DNA of 64,000 nucleotides, from contig CM074818.1 in NCBI GenBank assembly GCA_037447605.1, positions 756,617 to 820,616 of the forward strand, in the 5' to 3' direction. Below, piece after piece: positions 50,201 through 63,617 of the stretch (position 1 is its first letter; each line of letters begins with the position of its first letter). The position numbers were made by a program, and so were the translations under genes. Source of the DNA: Zygnema circumcarinatum SAG 698-1b. Its lineage: Eukaryota; Plantae; Zygnematophyceae. The notes under the pieces were generated by a model. That model worked only from the letters and a program-made list of their open reading frames with translations. It was not told the origin of the DNA and searched no databases.

Positions 50201-53200
50201 CGTTGGGCTAAGTTGAAGCTTTCAATATGTAATGTGGGAACTTGCTACTGATAGGTTTTTGAGGTGAATGCAGAAATTTATGAAAAAATTCATCAGGCTA
50301 ACAACCACATTTGCAAGTACGTTGAGTTGGGATCGTTCGTCCTGTTCACGGCTCTGTACATCACGGTGTTGTACTTGCAAGCGAACTCATTTCTCACTTA
50401 TGAGATTTCTACTTCTCATGAAGCCTTGCTTCCGCCGGTGAGAATTTTCTCACATGCGTCGCCGGCACTTACAGGGTATTAGGGTTGCAGCTTTCTCCCT
50501 GTCTCTTACTCTCTCAATACTCTTCTCCTTTTGCAACTTCCTTGGCTCCCTTTCACTAGTCTGGTCTGTCAGACGGGGAGAGAGAGTGGTAGCATGCATT
50601 TCTTGCTTTCCTTAAGTTAAGAGTGATTACTAGAGTTACAGTACAGGCGCCCTTCCTTGCTATCGGCGGTCACCGCGGTTACCGTACAGGCGCCCTTCTT
50701 TGCTCGCGGCTGTCACCGCGGTCACCGCTGTCGACGGCGGCGAGCCAGCCCGGCAGCCGTACTGCACGTGGCATCGAGCGGAAATAATGGATTCTTAGAA
50801 ACCCTAAACGGCTACACATGAAACATTTTACCGTTCGAGAAGCATGCACCATAGGAGTTATTCCTCTTCAGTCTTGTAACTTGGGGAGGTGGAAGTGACT
50901 CGGGAGGAGAAGGCGGCGTAAATCCTAATGTGAACCGTTTTCTTTATTCATTGAGTGTACGGTATGAAGATGTTTAAGGTGTATGCTTGCAGGGCGCAAG
51001 CGGGACTGCTCCAGTCATATTTTCCAACGGCCCTTTTGACATATACGGTTGGCTAAATGACTCGTTCATTCAGGTTTGCTGAATCATTCTCTCCTTTTCC
51101 CTTGTTATTTTTCCGCTTTTTCTATCGTCCTTTGTTATACGCATAGACTCCTTTTTTATCATTTATCCTTTGCGGAATTTAGGGTTGATGAGATCCTACG
51201 ATGAGTTACGTGCGTGAGAGCTGCAAGATCAGGATTCGACCGGCAAGATTAGGTTGGGTCGGCATGATTAGGGTTGGCGTGTCATATTTTGATTATGAAG
51301 TTCCTGAAATGTGCGGGTTTGTCTTGCAGACGGTGTGGGCGGACCCATTGTGCGGCAACGGCATCTGCGAGTCCCCGACGGAGCACGAACAGTTCGGACG
51401 GTTTGGCTGTTTGGCGGACTGCGGCAAGTTCGCGAACACAACAAGGGTCGTGCTCAGCCTCTCTAACGACTTCACGTCGCCGCAGGAGCAGGCGGCTGCC
51501 TCATGGAACCTCTGCATGTTGCTCCCCGTCGGGCTCTGCTGGTGAGGCCTGCTGCTCTTCAACACTGCTGCAGGGAGTCCGAGCAAGTAGAAAGAATGTG
51601 TGGATTGTACTAGTTTCATTGCGAGAGTGTGCTCCAAAATTTCTTTCAATTGCGAACAGATTTGGTAAATCTATTCACCGTGATCTACTCTCTCCTCTCT
51701 CGTTCCCCGCTCTCTCAGCTCTCTAAGCAGTTTTTATCTTTCCCATATCCCTCTATCTTTCCTCTTCCTCTTTCTTTCACCCTCCTCTTCTCGCTCACTT
51801 TCTTTCCCTCGCCCCTCTTCCTCTCCTTCTCCCCTCGTCCCCTCCTTTGCCCTCTTCCTGTTCTCCCCTCTCCCTCTCCCTCTTTTTATCCGTTACCCCT
51901 CTCCCTCTCCCTCGTTTTATCCGTTACCCCTCTCCCCTCTCCCCTCTCCCNNNNNNNNNNCCCCTCTCCCCTCTCCCCTCTCCCCTCTCCCCTTCGGCCT
52001 CTCCCTCGCTCACTCTTCCCTCCATATTCATCTCCGATGAAGAGCTGCACCATTCATATCTTAAGTACACCCCTAACCGTTTATGTGCACCCCTGAGTTC
52101 TGAATGTTTTGCCTTCTCGGCCATTGGGCACTACAATATAGCGAAGCTGTATAACCCTTTGAAGAGTGCAAGGCAGTGTTTTCAACCAACGCTCAAAAAG
52201 ACAGTCGAAGAAATCCTTATCTTGGGGCCTTAGAGTTCCTTGACTTTACTTCCCCAGGTATTCAAGTGACCAGGTCTTTTTGGAGCTCCATCAGGAAAAC
52301 AACGAGATCCAATTGGACCTCCCTGATGGCGACTGGAAGCTTCAGCTCAATGCACCCTCGGGAGGAGTGAAGGGGCAGATCACCATGGCGGGCAATGAGA
52401 CGGATCTGCTCCGTTTTGGAGGCTGCAATGAGACTCAGCCGCTGTTCGATGCATGCAGAGAAGTAGGCACCTGTCCTTCTTAAGGGATTTTAGGGTTTCC
52501 TGCTTTTTAGGGTTTGGTACTTCAGTGACCTCGAGGAACATATTTTTAGGGTTTGCAGAATGTGAGGGGAGAGGAGAGAAGTGGAGTGTTCCACTTTGTG
52601 TCAGTACAGTTGGAACTGACAATCAGCTAAAGATTGTGTTTGTAACCTGTGTTGTGTAACGCCAATGCGAAGCTTAGGGTGTTCTTGCGTGTGATAGTGA
52701 AACCGTTGTGAGCGTATTCGTCTTTAACTTCCTGTTTTCCTTGTCCTTGAATACTCAGTTCTCTTATACCTTCTTCAAACTGATAGACTCTGACGATGGC
52801 TTTTTGGTTGTACTTTGAAGGCTTGTGCGTCGATCTCGACATGCATTCAAACATATTGCGAGCCATCAGCTGATTATTCTGGTGACGTGAATCTCACCAT
52901 ATCAGCAGCATTTTTGGACTGTGCCACTGTATGCGCTTCGACTCCTGAAGCACTGTTGAACCTGAACGTGACGTCATGCAGCGACGATGTACGGCTCTCA
53001 ACCCTAAACTCCAAAGCTTTGAGTTTTTTTTTTTTCCAGTTCTTCGGATAATCAGGGAATCAAGAGAATATTTTGAACTGACGTTTCTTTCTTTCGATAT
53101 CCAGAAATGTAGTGTTGACAATTCCATTTTTTATTTTTATCTGTTTGCCTGGGTGGTGTTTACCAGGTTTTGCATTCTGGGAATCATTCGCTCCTCCAAA

Positions 53201-55447
53201 CGGGAACTCTCAATTGCACTTGTTGGTCGCCTTTTCCTTCTTCCCGCTTTTGTCTTTCCCCTTTTTTCTTTTAATCCTCGATGTTCTTAAGCATCATCTG
53301 TGTTAAACTCGTCCATTTAGCCTCTTAGTGCTTCTGCATACCTAGATTTTGCTGGAGCACTCTGAATATTACTTTCTAGTGTTGGAGAAGTTTAGAGTTG
53401 GAGTATTAGTAACCGAGGGAGGCAATGATCCATTTGGAGCAGGGCCAAAAAGTGCTGCTCCTGCACCTCCGCCTGCCCCGTCTTCAACAAGATCAAGTCC
53501 GCCACCTCCAGTCTCACCAGTGAGTGCTCACTCGTTTTTTCCCTCTCACTAACTCTACCCTTCTCTCCCTCTCCCCAGTTCTCTCCTACGTCTCTCACTA
53601 CCGGCTCTCAACATTTGAAAACCCTCAATCCGAAATTCTAACCCTTCTCGGCATACAGACGGCTGGCGGCCGCCGACTCCAGTCCTCCGACGATGAATAC
53701 CTGCAGGAGTGCACGGGTGACTCCTCCCTCCGCCTCCTCCTCCTGAACGCATTCTCTGTCTCCCTTCCTGCCCCTCCCCCAGTCCCTCCCTTCCGACCCC
53801 CGATTCTAACCTCCTTATCTTCTCCCCATTCACCTTCCCTCCCTCCACAGCGGCCGCACCCTCCACATCCGACGCCCAGGATCGCATCTGGTCCGGTCTG
53901 GGCCGCGACGACTTCGAGCGCACGAACCGCATGGAACTGGCCGTGAGGCGCGCAGTCATGACATTGATAAAGGACACGTGTGTTGGGACATATAAATTCT
54001 TCAACAATCATGACACCGATAATATGACAGCCTTCATGAAACTTTACATGGGAGCCTCCAACTTAACAGTTTCGGAGTCTTTCGACTATACTCAATTTAC
54101 AATTGACACCTCAGTATACGGCTTGCTCTCGGCTTTGTACAAGGCACACTCGTGAGTGCGGGAACAGACCACAAAGTTCCAAAAAGCAAGAAACTTAGGC
54201 TTTCTATGAGCCCTCCCACTCGAAAATCCCTAAGATTTTGAGAAACAGCGGAACCTTGGAGCTTTCTAAGTGCTTTCACAACCATTAGAGAACTCGACCA
54301 CTAGAAGACTTTTAAAAGTGAGCTTGTTTGTATTTGCAGCGACGTTCCATTTTTTGGTCAAGATCAAATCAATCGCATTATCGACATCCTTGTTGCAGCC
54401 ATTGCTTCGGTTGGCACCTTCAAAGATAATTATTCGGTAGATCTCGGAAACTGGCTGCATCGCATGGACAATTGTCTCGCAGATTCGTATAAATACACTT
54501 GCCGTGCAGGTGACCTTAAAACATCTGATCAGTTTACTTTGGTTGTTTTTGATTCCTGAATATTTTTTGTCTTTCCAAATTCTTTTTAGTCCTTTAAGTT
54601 GCTCTTAGAATCTATCAGTCGGTTCGGACGACTTTGTACACCTTGTATAAAGGTGGAAATGAATTTTCTACAAATAGGAATTCTAGATTTTAGAGCACGT
54701 TAGATTTTTCATGGATGTGCGTACTTTCTGACGAAAATCTGACAATCAACGTTTTTCCAAAAAATGATTTTTTTTTGCAGCGGATCACATTCTTCCGTGG
54801 TCATCGGGCTCCCAACTGAACACCACCATCTACGTGGGAGATACTGTGGAGTGGGTCTGGTCTGACGACAACCCGCACTCCATAGCAGGTGCTCTCTCTC
54901 TCTCGATCTCCATCTCTCTTTCAGCTCTCTCTTTTACTCCCTCACTCTCTCCCTCGTCCATTCGCTCAGCCTCCCTTTCTCTCTCCCTACTACTCCCCTC
55001 TATTTCTCATCCTCCCTCCCTCCCTCCCGTTTCTTGAGTCTCTCCCTCTCCTTCCCTTCCTCCCTCCGTCCCTTCCTTGCTCCCCCCTTCTCTTTTCGCA
55101 CCCTGCGTATCCTTTCGTCGTCCCTCTCGCCGTGTCCATGCCTCTCTCCCTCCCTTCTCCTCCTTCATCCCTCCCTCCCGTTGCCTTCCTCCCTCCCACC
55201 CTCTCCCGCCATCAACCACTCCCTCCTTTTCCCATCCCTTCCTCCCTCCCTCGCCCATCCAGAGTCGAACAGTTCGAGCCTCACCTTCGGCAACGAGCTT
55301 GACTGGATCTTTGATGGCTTTGGCTCCCGACGTTTTGTGGTTTCGAGAAAGACGAAGTGCTCCCCCGACAACCTTGACGTCTACGGCCTCGTACCTTGCG
55401 TTCTTGGTATGTATGCATGAACGTATGTATGTATGTATGTATGTATG

Positions 55448-55478
<31 letters not shown>

Positions 55479-58400
55479 TGTGCGAACGAGTATGCTAACC
55501 TTATGGTTCCGGAGTCTTCAAGTAATCAGGATTTGGAGTAATTGGAGTCTGAAGGCGCTCAGGTTACTAAGTTATTATTGTGCTGTTTGTAAGCTCGAAA
55601 GGTGGCTACGGTTTTAGAGTGGTTACGTTGTCCTCGGCATAGTTCCAAGCAGAAATGCGAAATCGCTTTGCGCAAGCAATGGTCAGCAATGTGATGCAGG
55701 GGAATCTCTTTCTGATCCGATATATTATGTTGTGGATGTTCTACCCGGCAGAAATTCCATCATCGGAAGACTCTCCCACATTCACATACAGTTACCAGTT
55801 CACTAGTGATGAGTTTCCCGATCTTCCCCGTGTTATTCAGTACTCGTCACGAGGCTATGGCGACTCAAATAACGGATACCTCACTATTCTTGAAAGGCCA
55901 AATAGCCCTCCATGTGAGAACCTAAGAACCTTGAACGACTAAAACCTTTCACATGTTCAGCTTTCTGACGACATATTTCATGTACTTGAAATGGCTCCGC
56001 TTGTCTGCTGAAAGAACATCGCGTTGGACACCTTTCAGCTTGTTCAACCCCTCGTTCTACTCAGAGACCCTTTCATTCTTACAATTTGAAATATTTCCTG
56101 TTCATTTCCTTGCAGATGTTAGCAACAGAACGTATGAAAACTTCGTCCCCATCAATTTCCAGTGCTCCCAGGACTGTACCCTGAGCAAACTGAGCAACGG
56201 CAAATGTGAACCGGAATGCAACAACTACTACTGCGCTTTTGACGGGGGAGACTGTTCCTGCCCTTTGGACGAGAACGGCCTCCCTTCCTGCGCCTGTCCG
56301 GTCGGGCAGACAAGAGGAGACGATGGAGGTAAGAAACCTTAAGAATCTTGAAAACTGCTTAAAGCTTTGGTAACCTTAGAACGGTTCCCCTGTCTCTCTC
56401 CTCTCTCTTTCCTCTCTCCCTCCTTCTCCGCTCTCTCTCCTCCTTCAGTCCTTGTCACGATTCTCTACGTTCCTCAACACCTTTCACTTGCTCTCACTCT
56501 CGTCGTCTCCTCTCTTTTTTTCACTCTTTGTCCCTCTCTCGCCTTCGCCTTCCGTTTTTCGTCTCTTTCTATCTCCTCTCCTCCTCCGCTTTTTCCCTCT
56601 CTCGCTCACTCTTCCACTCTTGCCTTGTCCTCCTTCCTCTTTCCTTCGCCCTCTCTCCCTTCCTTTCCTTCCTCCACTCTTACCGTGAAGCTCCACACTT
56701 ACCCTGTTGCCCGCATTTCTGCAATGCATTAATAGTTGTGTTTTTTTTTTTTTTTTGCTGCAGTGTGCTGTGTGGGAGGAGCCATTGGTTCAGACTTAAA
56801 ATTTACTTTTTCCCTTCGAACCTACGGAGAAAGTTTGTCCGAGTCCAATGCAAATTTTGCTCCCTCAAGTACCACCCCTCTCACTCGCACAGTTGCCATT
56901 CAAAACAGGTAGATATTTAGATTTTCAAGACTCAGAAATCCAGATGCAAACAGCCTGAATACTTGTCATCTCCCAAAATTTCTGTTTCTTTGTTCAGTAT
57001 TCAACGATTCGGTGATTTTGAAGAGTGTCGATCCGTAAACTAGAGAGAAAACTCAATTTGCTGCAGAAAACTCAGTTTTGAGGAGGATTTTCAGGAGGGC
57101 AGAGGGGGGTTAAGAGAAGCAGAGAAGATTTGTTAGGGGGGTGGGAGGGCAAGGAGGGAGGAAGAGGAACAAAAATATATATGTTTTGTTTTTGCGCTGC
57201 AGAGTGGTAATTGGACTACTACTTTCTCACGAGAGGACAAGGGGAGATCTGAAGTGGTGTGACGAGGGAAAGTAAGCAGTTCTATGCTGCCCCTTCTACT
57301 CTTAGTGTGTCTTTGATTTATATAATAATAATTAAAATGTGCTTATGAAATCACTATTAGTATTAAGTGTTATTACTCTTTTCTACCTCCTGGAATCGTA
57401 GAAGCCTTAAAATTCCTCAAAACGTGAGAGCATTCAAGGCCAGCTTGATAAGAATAGAAATTCTAAATCTCTGAAACCCTAATGAAACCCTGAAGTTCGG
57501 GTTTTGAAACTCTCATTTTTTGCTCAGGAACCCTTTATTTGGGGTATCACACCCTAATAACATGCACTGAAACCTTTCCACTTAGCACCATATGTGCTAA
57601 ACGTAGTAAGATAAGTTAGTAGCTATGAAATTTAGAAAAGATAAGAAAATCACAAGTGATTTCTCACAGGTAATCATTTGTAAAGGTCATCTTTGACGCT
57701 CAATATGGAGAATGGTTAAGAGCACACATGGTAGGGGCTAACGTTACGGAAATGATTGCAGAGGTGGCGGTTGCCAGAAAACTAGAAACAACTACCCACG
57801 AAATTATTAAATCAGTGCACCCTCACCAGCTATTACAACAGCTTAGCTTCCTGAAACTTAATAACCGTCAACATAAGATAGGTATACATCTTATTGGTAA
57901 TGAAAGAGAAAAAAGACCGAGTAGACGATTCGTTGCACGCGAAGGAATCACGTTAGAGCAGTGCATCCTTTTTGCTCAAATTTACTACTTTCTGATCGTT
58001 TTGCTCCTGCAGATTCAGCCCAATCACTAAGAATTTGGCCATTTGTAGCAGAAATCTCAACTTGTCATGGGGAGTGGCATCTCCCTTTTTACCGAATTCC
58101 GTTCTTTACAACAGCACATATGCAGACGAGCAGAGCTCCAGATTTCAGGAATTAATGTGTTGTACGGAGGAACGGGAAGCGGAATTTAATCCGAATGGAA
58201 CTCCGTACGGATTTCGACCGGCTGCAATTGAGGTAATTTGTGTCTTTAGGGTTTGTAGGGAAGCAAGATCTTTCAAGCAGATTTTTCCGTATTTCCTAGT
58301 AAATATATGTCATTTCTAGAACCAGATACTTTCATCTTGAGCCTTTGAACCTGTTTGTATCTAGAAAGATGTTAAGCCAAGTTGGAAATTTCGAGATGTG

Positions 58401-61400
58401 CAACAAAATGTAAGCACGTTCAAGAGATTTTTGAAGGACTGTTTTCAAAACCCTGACTTTCAATGAGTTTGGCGACTTTGCAGGGATCTTTTGATTTTGG
58501 ATTCCGTTACATTTTCGACGTAAACTTGGGAAATGAAGCTGCAACGGCACTGCTGCAATACTTGACCGACGGATTCTTTTACGACACTTTTACGGAATCT
58601 GCTTCCGTTCAGCTTCTCACATATAACCGTAAGGCTGCTCGCCAAGATCGCGCAAGAAAAAAATGCTACAGACTCATTTTTTTTGGAATTTTTCCGTTGC
58701 ATATTTGTTTAACGTATCGCTTGAAATAATGACATTTCAGCTGCAATCCTTCTTTTTTATTTGAAACTGATCTTCTCCCTTGCTCTTCCTGAGTGCAGCT
58801 AAGACGAGATTCTTCACACTTACGCAAGTCAAGTTAGACTTTCAATACGGTGGAAAAATTGTGGCATCATCGAACATAGACTCTGTTAAGCTTGAAGTGT
58901 ATTCTAGCACGCAAGACTGGGTGAGGTTAGGGCTAGAAATTGTATTTGTTTTGGGATTAATCTATTCGATTTTCGACGAACTGAGGGAACTCATGAAGGC
59001 GTATTTGACAAGGGGCAATTTTTTGTACCATTTTACGAGCATTTGGAATTATATCGACGCTCTTTCCCTCGGGATTATGACCACCGGAGTCATTCTCTGG
59101 TGAGTTCTATGAGCCCTAATTCTACAGCGCAAAGGTTCACAGAAAGCCTGATGTTGGGGCGGGGAGAGAGAGTGGAGAGAGAAGTACAGAGAGGAGAGAG
59201 AGCCCAAGGACATGACGTGAAGTGGCAGAGAGAAGATTAGGTGATGGTTATGAGATAATACGAAGAGCCTTAGAGTGTGTAAGGACGAGAAATAGGGGTG
59301 GTGAAAATGATTATGGGAGGGGGGAGTGGCAGAGAGTGGGAGTGGGGGAAGGGCGATGAGAAGAAGAAAGTACGAGAAAAGGAAATATGAAAAGTAGTGA
59401 AGTATGGGAGAGCGAGAAAGCAGGTCTGCGAGAAGAGAGAAGAGAGTGAAAGAGAACTGGAAGACGGAAAGAGAGTGATTGCATGGCATTCGGAGGATTT
59501 GGAAACTCAACCTTTTCCATACTACATTCTCTTGCTATAGGGTCTTACTTCTGACTGCCTCTAAAAACCTCCATCTTGCTACTTTCCTTTTCCCTCCTTC
59601 CACTCCTGCCCTCCTCCCTTGTACCCTCTCTGTCACACTCACTCTCTCTTCCTCTCTCCACTTTTCTCTCTTCCCATACCCCCTCCCTCTCTAATTATCT
59701 CCCCCTTCCTCCCTCCATCCCTCTCTCCATCTCTCTCTCATCTCACTCTCTCTCTCTCTCCCTCTCCCACTTCTCACACACTCTCCCTCCCTCCTCATAC
59801 CCAGGTTGAATTATGTATTTAGAAACGCCCGGCGCTTCAATACGAACATCAAGTACAGTATCTACGGAACGGAGCCGGGCCAATTCCTTCAGCTGCTGCC
59901 CGACACGCAGCTGCCCGAAGCCCTGAAAGTTTTCACTGATGTCGAAGAAATCATCTACATCCGCACGTACTATGTGGCCCTGCAGGGCATCAAGTACGAA
60001 CCCTAAAACTCCGAAATCCTAAAACTAAAACCAAGCCCAAGCCCAAGGCCAAACCCCTCAACTCTAAAATCCCAACCGAACTCAACTGTTCGAAACTGAA
60101 AGACTTGACCAAATCAAACCCTAAAACTCGCCTTTTCTTGCTCTTTTTTCGTTTGGGGTAAAATATGAAAATGCAGCATTTTCTTAATGGTTCTCCGCAT
60201 CTTGAAGCTGATGGATTTCCAGCCGCGTATGGGCACTATTACTCGCACCATAGCCGTAGCCTCCATCGATCTCATCCACTTCCTCATAATATTTTCGGTG
60301 ATTTTCCTCGGCTACGCGGTGTACGGTCACGTGGTTTTTGGGCACAATCTTAGGCAGGTGAGTTTGGAAGGGTTCAGAGTTTATGTTTTAAGGGAGTGTT
60401 GGGCTTAAAAGGGTTGAAGGGGTTACAAAGTGGCTTCGGGTTTGTATGGGGTTCTGGGATCTCAGAGGTCTTCAAGGCTTTAAAGGGCGGCTATAACTGA
60501 AAAGTTCGGATTTGTGGGGCAATTGGGTTCTTAGAGGCTGAAGAGAGGGCGAAAGCGAGTGAGGGAGTGGAGTGAGAGAGGGGAAGAGAGTGGGTATGGA
60601 GTGGCGGGGGGGGAGGGGGAAAGGGTGGGGAGTAGCAAAGTAGGATACGAGAGAGAGAGGGAGGGGTAGAGAGTGGGGGGAGGGCGGAAGGGGGACGAGT
60701 GAGAGAGGGGGGGAAGTCAGGAAGTGTCGGAGTGAAGGGTTCAAGAGAGTAAGGGAGAGAGAGACATGGTCACTCCGGAAGTAGCTCTGTAAGCTTCCTT
60801 CACATAGAGCGAATAGAGAAAAGCATGCTCCCACGACCTCTCCCCGTCCCCCTTCCACTACCCCTCTCTCACACCCCACCTCCTCCCCCTGTCCTCCCTC
60901 CTATTGCAGTTCAGCACTCTTGGTCGGTCTCTGATCACCATGTTCAACGTCCTCGTGGGGGATACCTCCGTGTCCGACTACTTTATAGAGCTCAAAGGGT
61001 GGGAGCTGGCAGCGGCCGTACTGCACTGGTGGTCGTATGTGCTCGTAGTGAACTTCATCACTTTCAACCTCCTTATTGCCATCATTATCGAAGCATATAT
61101 GGAAGTCAGGGTAAGAAACATCTCGCAGTTTTTCTGTCAATATGGTATCGGATATCATGTCAGGTTATCCGGTATAGTGATAGTTTGTTTTATAAGTTCT
61201 ATTCGGCGATATTGGTTGTGCTTTGTCTGGACGAGATTTTAGGGTTTTCCCATCATTGCGAGTTGCGAGGCTTTTGGGGATTCAAGTTGGAGGCTCTTTC
61301 GTATTTTTTCTCACATTTCTAAAGTTTTTAGGGGTACTAAATCTCACAATCTTATTGTAGGTTTTTTATATGCTGAAGGGCTTCCCTTGACCAGGACTTA

Positions 61401-63015
61401 TTATTCCATGCAAACGGACGTTTTCTCAATTTTCTTTTTGTATTTTCGTTGGTCATATACACGTCCTTACCTATCCTCCTCCCCCATTCCCTCCCCTTTT
61501 ACCTTTCTTCTCTCTATTTTTTGACTCTCTCTCCCTCTCACGATTTCTCACTCTCTCCCTCCCTCTCTCGCCCATCTGTCTCTCTCTCTCTCTCTCTCCC
61601 TCTCTCTCCCTCTCCCTCCCGCAGAAATACGCGGAAGAGGCCCCCTCCATGCCGGGGGAGGTTTGGTGGATCTTGCGCGCCACGCTGCGCCGCCTCCTCT
61701 TCAGTCCGTACAAAACGGACGCCAAACTCCTCCGCGACCTCCGCCGGCTCGGAGCCAACGACCAGCACAATGTCTCGCAGAGGATTGTGCGTGCTTGCGA
61801 TTTTCCACATAGTTTCAAGTTTTTAGCTTTTGACTTTTGTTCATGCTCGTAACGTTTTTCTGGACTCGAATTCTTTTCTTTCGTCTTTCTGATTTTTTTT
61901 GCTTTTTCCAGGATTTAGGATTTGCGGTTGAGGACGTTCAGTGGTTAGCTGTATAACACCTGAATAATTGTGTTCTCGTCATATTTGTATGTTGCTTTGC
62001 CTGGTAAGTCATTGTTCAAGCTTGAGATTTTTTATGGTTTGGCCTTTGCAGGTTGTAGGAAGCTTTGGTTTCGAGGGACCGGAGAATGAGGCGAAGGAAA
62101 GCGTGAAGGAGACGCGCGGGCACGTTGTGAAGCTCGGAGAGAGGGAGTACTCTCCGGAAGAGCTTTCGAGTCTCTTGATGCGAGCGCAAACAAAAGCGGT
62201 AATTTTTTTTGTTTCAAAGAACAATTGAAGAACAAGTGAAGGAGTTTACTGCGACCTTTGTTATGCATGGCACGCTTTTCTGCTCGTTAAGTCGAGCTGG
62301 GGTGCTTTTGGTTTAATGTGATTTTGAAAATTCACAGAATTTGTGTACAAAAGAACAACTTCAACGAGTCTAAGGAATCCCTATACCTTATAGCCCTTCA
62401 TTTTTTAGTTTGCGCTTTTGGTTGATTTTCCGCTTTTCCTCTCCCCTTCAAACTCTCGCACCGTTTCTTGTTGTCCTTCCATTCGCGTCTATATTCTGAC
62501 CCTTCATCGTTTTCTCTTTCTCTATCTCTCTCTCGCCCTCTCTCGCTCTCCCTCTCCGGCCTTTTTTTGGGTATCTTAAAGCAGGGCATTGCAAGCTCCT
62601 CCAAGCCGGACCATCTCGCGGATGTGATTTTGGAGCAATTCGGAGAACACGTAGCGATTTCGACGGAGAAGCACGGCGATGATATGCAGGAGCTTAAAGT
62701 ATGAAAAATTATAAACCAAACAATTCGAAAGTGCCAGAAATCAGAAAGGCAGAAATGGCAGAAACCACAAACTTCAATGCAGAAATTTTCTTTAGAAAAA
62801 ACTCAAAACCCAAACCCTAAATCCTTAAAATACTCACCACGCTTGAAAGCGTCTTTTTTGGTTTTTTCCAGGAAACCTTGAAAACAGTTATGGCAAGCCT
62901 GCAGATCCAATCCGAGCGACTTGAACGCATGGAGCTCAAGCTTCAATCTGCGACCGTCCCAACGGAAAACGGCACTGCAGAAGATGGAACGGCGGAGGAG
63001 ATTGTCAGAGATTAG
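47238..63015 (+). CDS. PKD2: Polycystin-2 (PKD2/TRPP)-like cation channel with expanded extracellular loop (Cys-rich motif, cupredoxin-like, LNR), 1,433 aa
   Basis: 27 exons, 4302 nt, one open frame: 47238-47293, 49967-50034, 50274-50437, 50993-51073, 51330-51541, 52258-52462, 52821-52988, 53346-53519, 53659-53716, 53851-54151, 54340-54509, 54781-54888, 55263-55406, 55752-55913, 56116-56328, 56764-56908, 57203-57271, 58013-58232, 58484-58628, 58799-59099, 59805-59993, 60177-60357, 60910-61110, 61625-61786, 62052-62198, 62585-62698, 62872-63015. Motifs: S3 SIWNYID, S4-S5 RILKLMDFQPRMGTITRTI, pore FSTLGRSLITMFNVLVGD, S6 FNLLIAIIIEAY. The symbol is a family-level call. Confidence 0.9.
47300..49800. 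repeat. 2.5-kb polypurine minisatellite (~45-bp unit) filling intron 1
   Basis: Almost pure G/A repeats of ggagggatagaggaggggagggaaggagggaggcggagagagag. Confidence 0.92.
57677..57827 (+). pseudogene. lpdA: Bacterial-type dihydrolipoamide dehydrogenase C-terminal fragment (50 codons) inside intron 17
   Basis: Translates FVKVIFDAQYGEWLRAHMVGANVTEMIAEVAVARKLETTTHEIIKSVHPH, the E3 dimerisation-domain pattern ending at the HPHP active-site motif; no flanking E3 sequence. Confidence 0.8.
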
Positions 63016-63169
63016 AAGACACGGTCATGATAAACACTGCCACATAACTGAAAACTCAGGAGAGAATGTTTTTGGAATATAGCAGAACGGAGGCGCGACG
63101 TAGAACGTGCCTGAAAAAATGTTGTATCTAATGGAGGGCGAATCTGGGGTTCATTTCATGTTGAAACAA

Positions 63170-63415
63170 TTTTATTTGGATGGGTCCCGGAACAAGGAGT
63201 CGCTCAATTACTTCTGATGATGAGAGATCAGGGCGATGGGCAGGTGATATGGATGGATCATGAGGAATGGGTTGTAAGGAATGGTGGATAGGTGGTTTGC
63301 GTAGAGCCACAGAGAGGGTGATCAGATATTTGCCTAGCAGAAGAGATCAACAACAACAATGTTAGTGGATCTTCATTGTTGAGTGGACTCTTTGCCTCAA
63401 AATCTTTCTCCTTAT
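63170..63415 (-). repeat. Inverted partial copy of the 20030-20245 repeat
   Basis: Shares gagtcgctcaattacttctgatgatgagagatcagg...caacaacaatgttagtggatcttcattgttgagtgg with the reverse complement of copy 2. Confidence 0.8.
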
Positions 63416-63617
63416 GATCAATATCGTGTGCATGCGTGTCCCTTATTCGAACCCATGGATTTACTTTCTCATATTCGAAGTGGTTTTAGTGGAATTCAAC
63501 ATCTGTTGGGATTCAATCTCTGCTTGCTATTATTCATCACACTTATATACTTCTGAAAAAGTCTGTGAAGCCTGTCTTGACCACTAAGCTTTCAGCCTGC
63601 ATAGTCAACCTTAGTTA

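Noticed and set aside
50640-50770. Possible small MITE in channel intron 3 (CAGTAC...GTACTG)
   Set aside because: Absent from the paralogue, but the inverted termini are only 6 bp and the TA duplication is one-sided.
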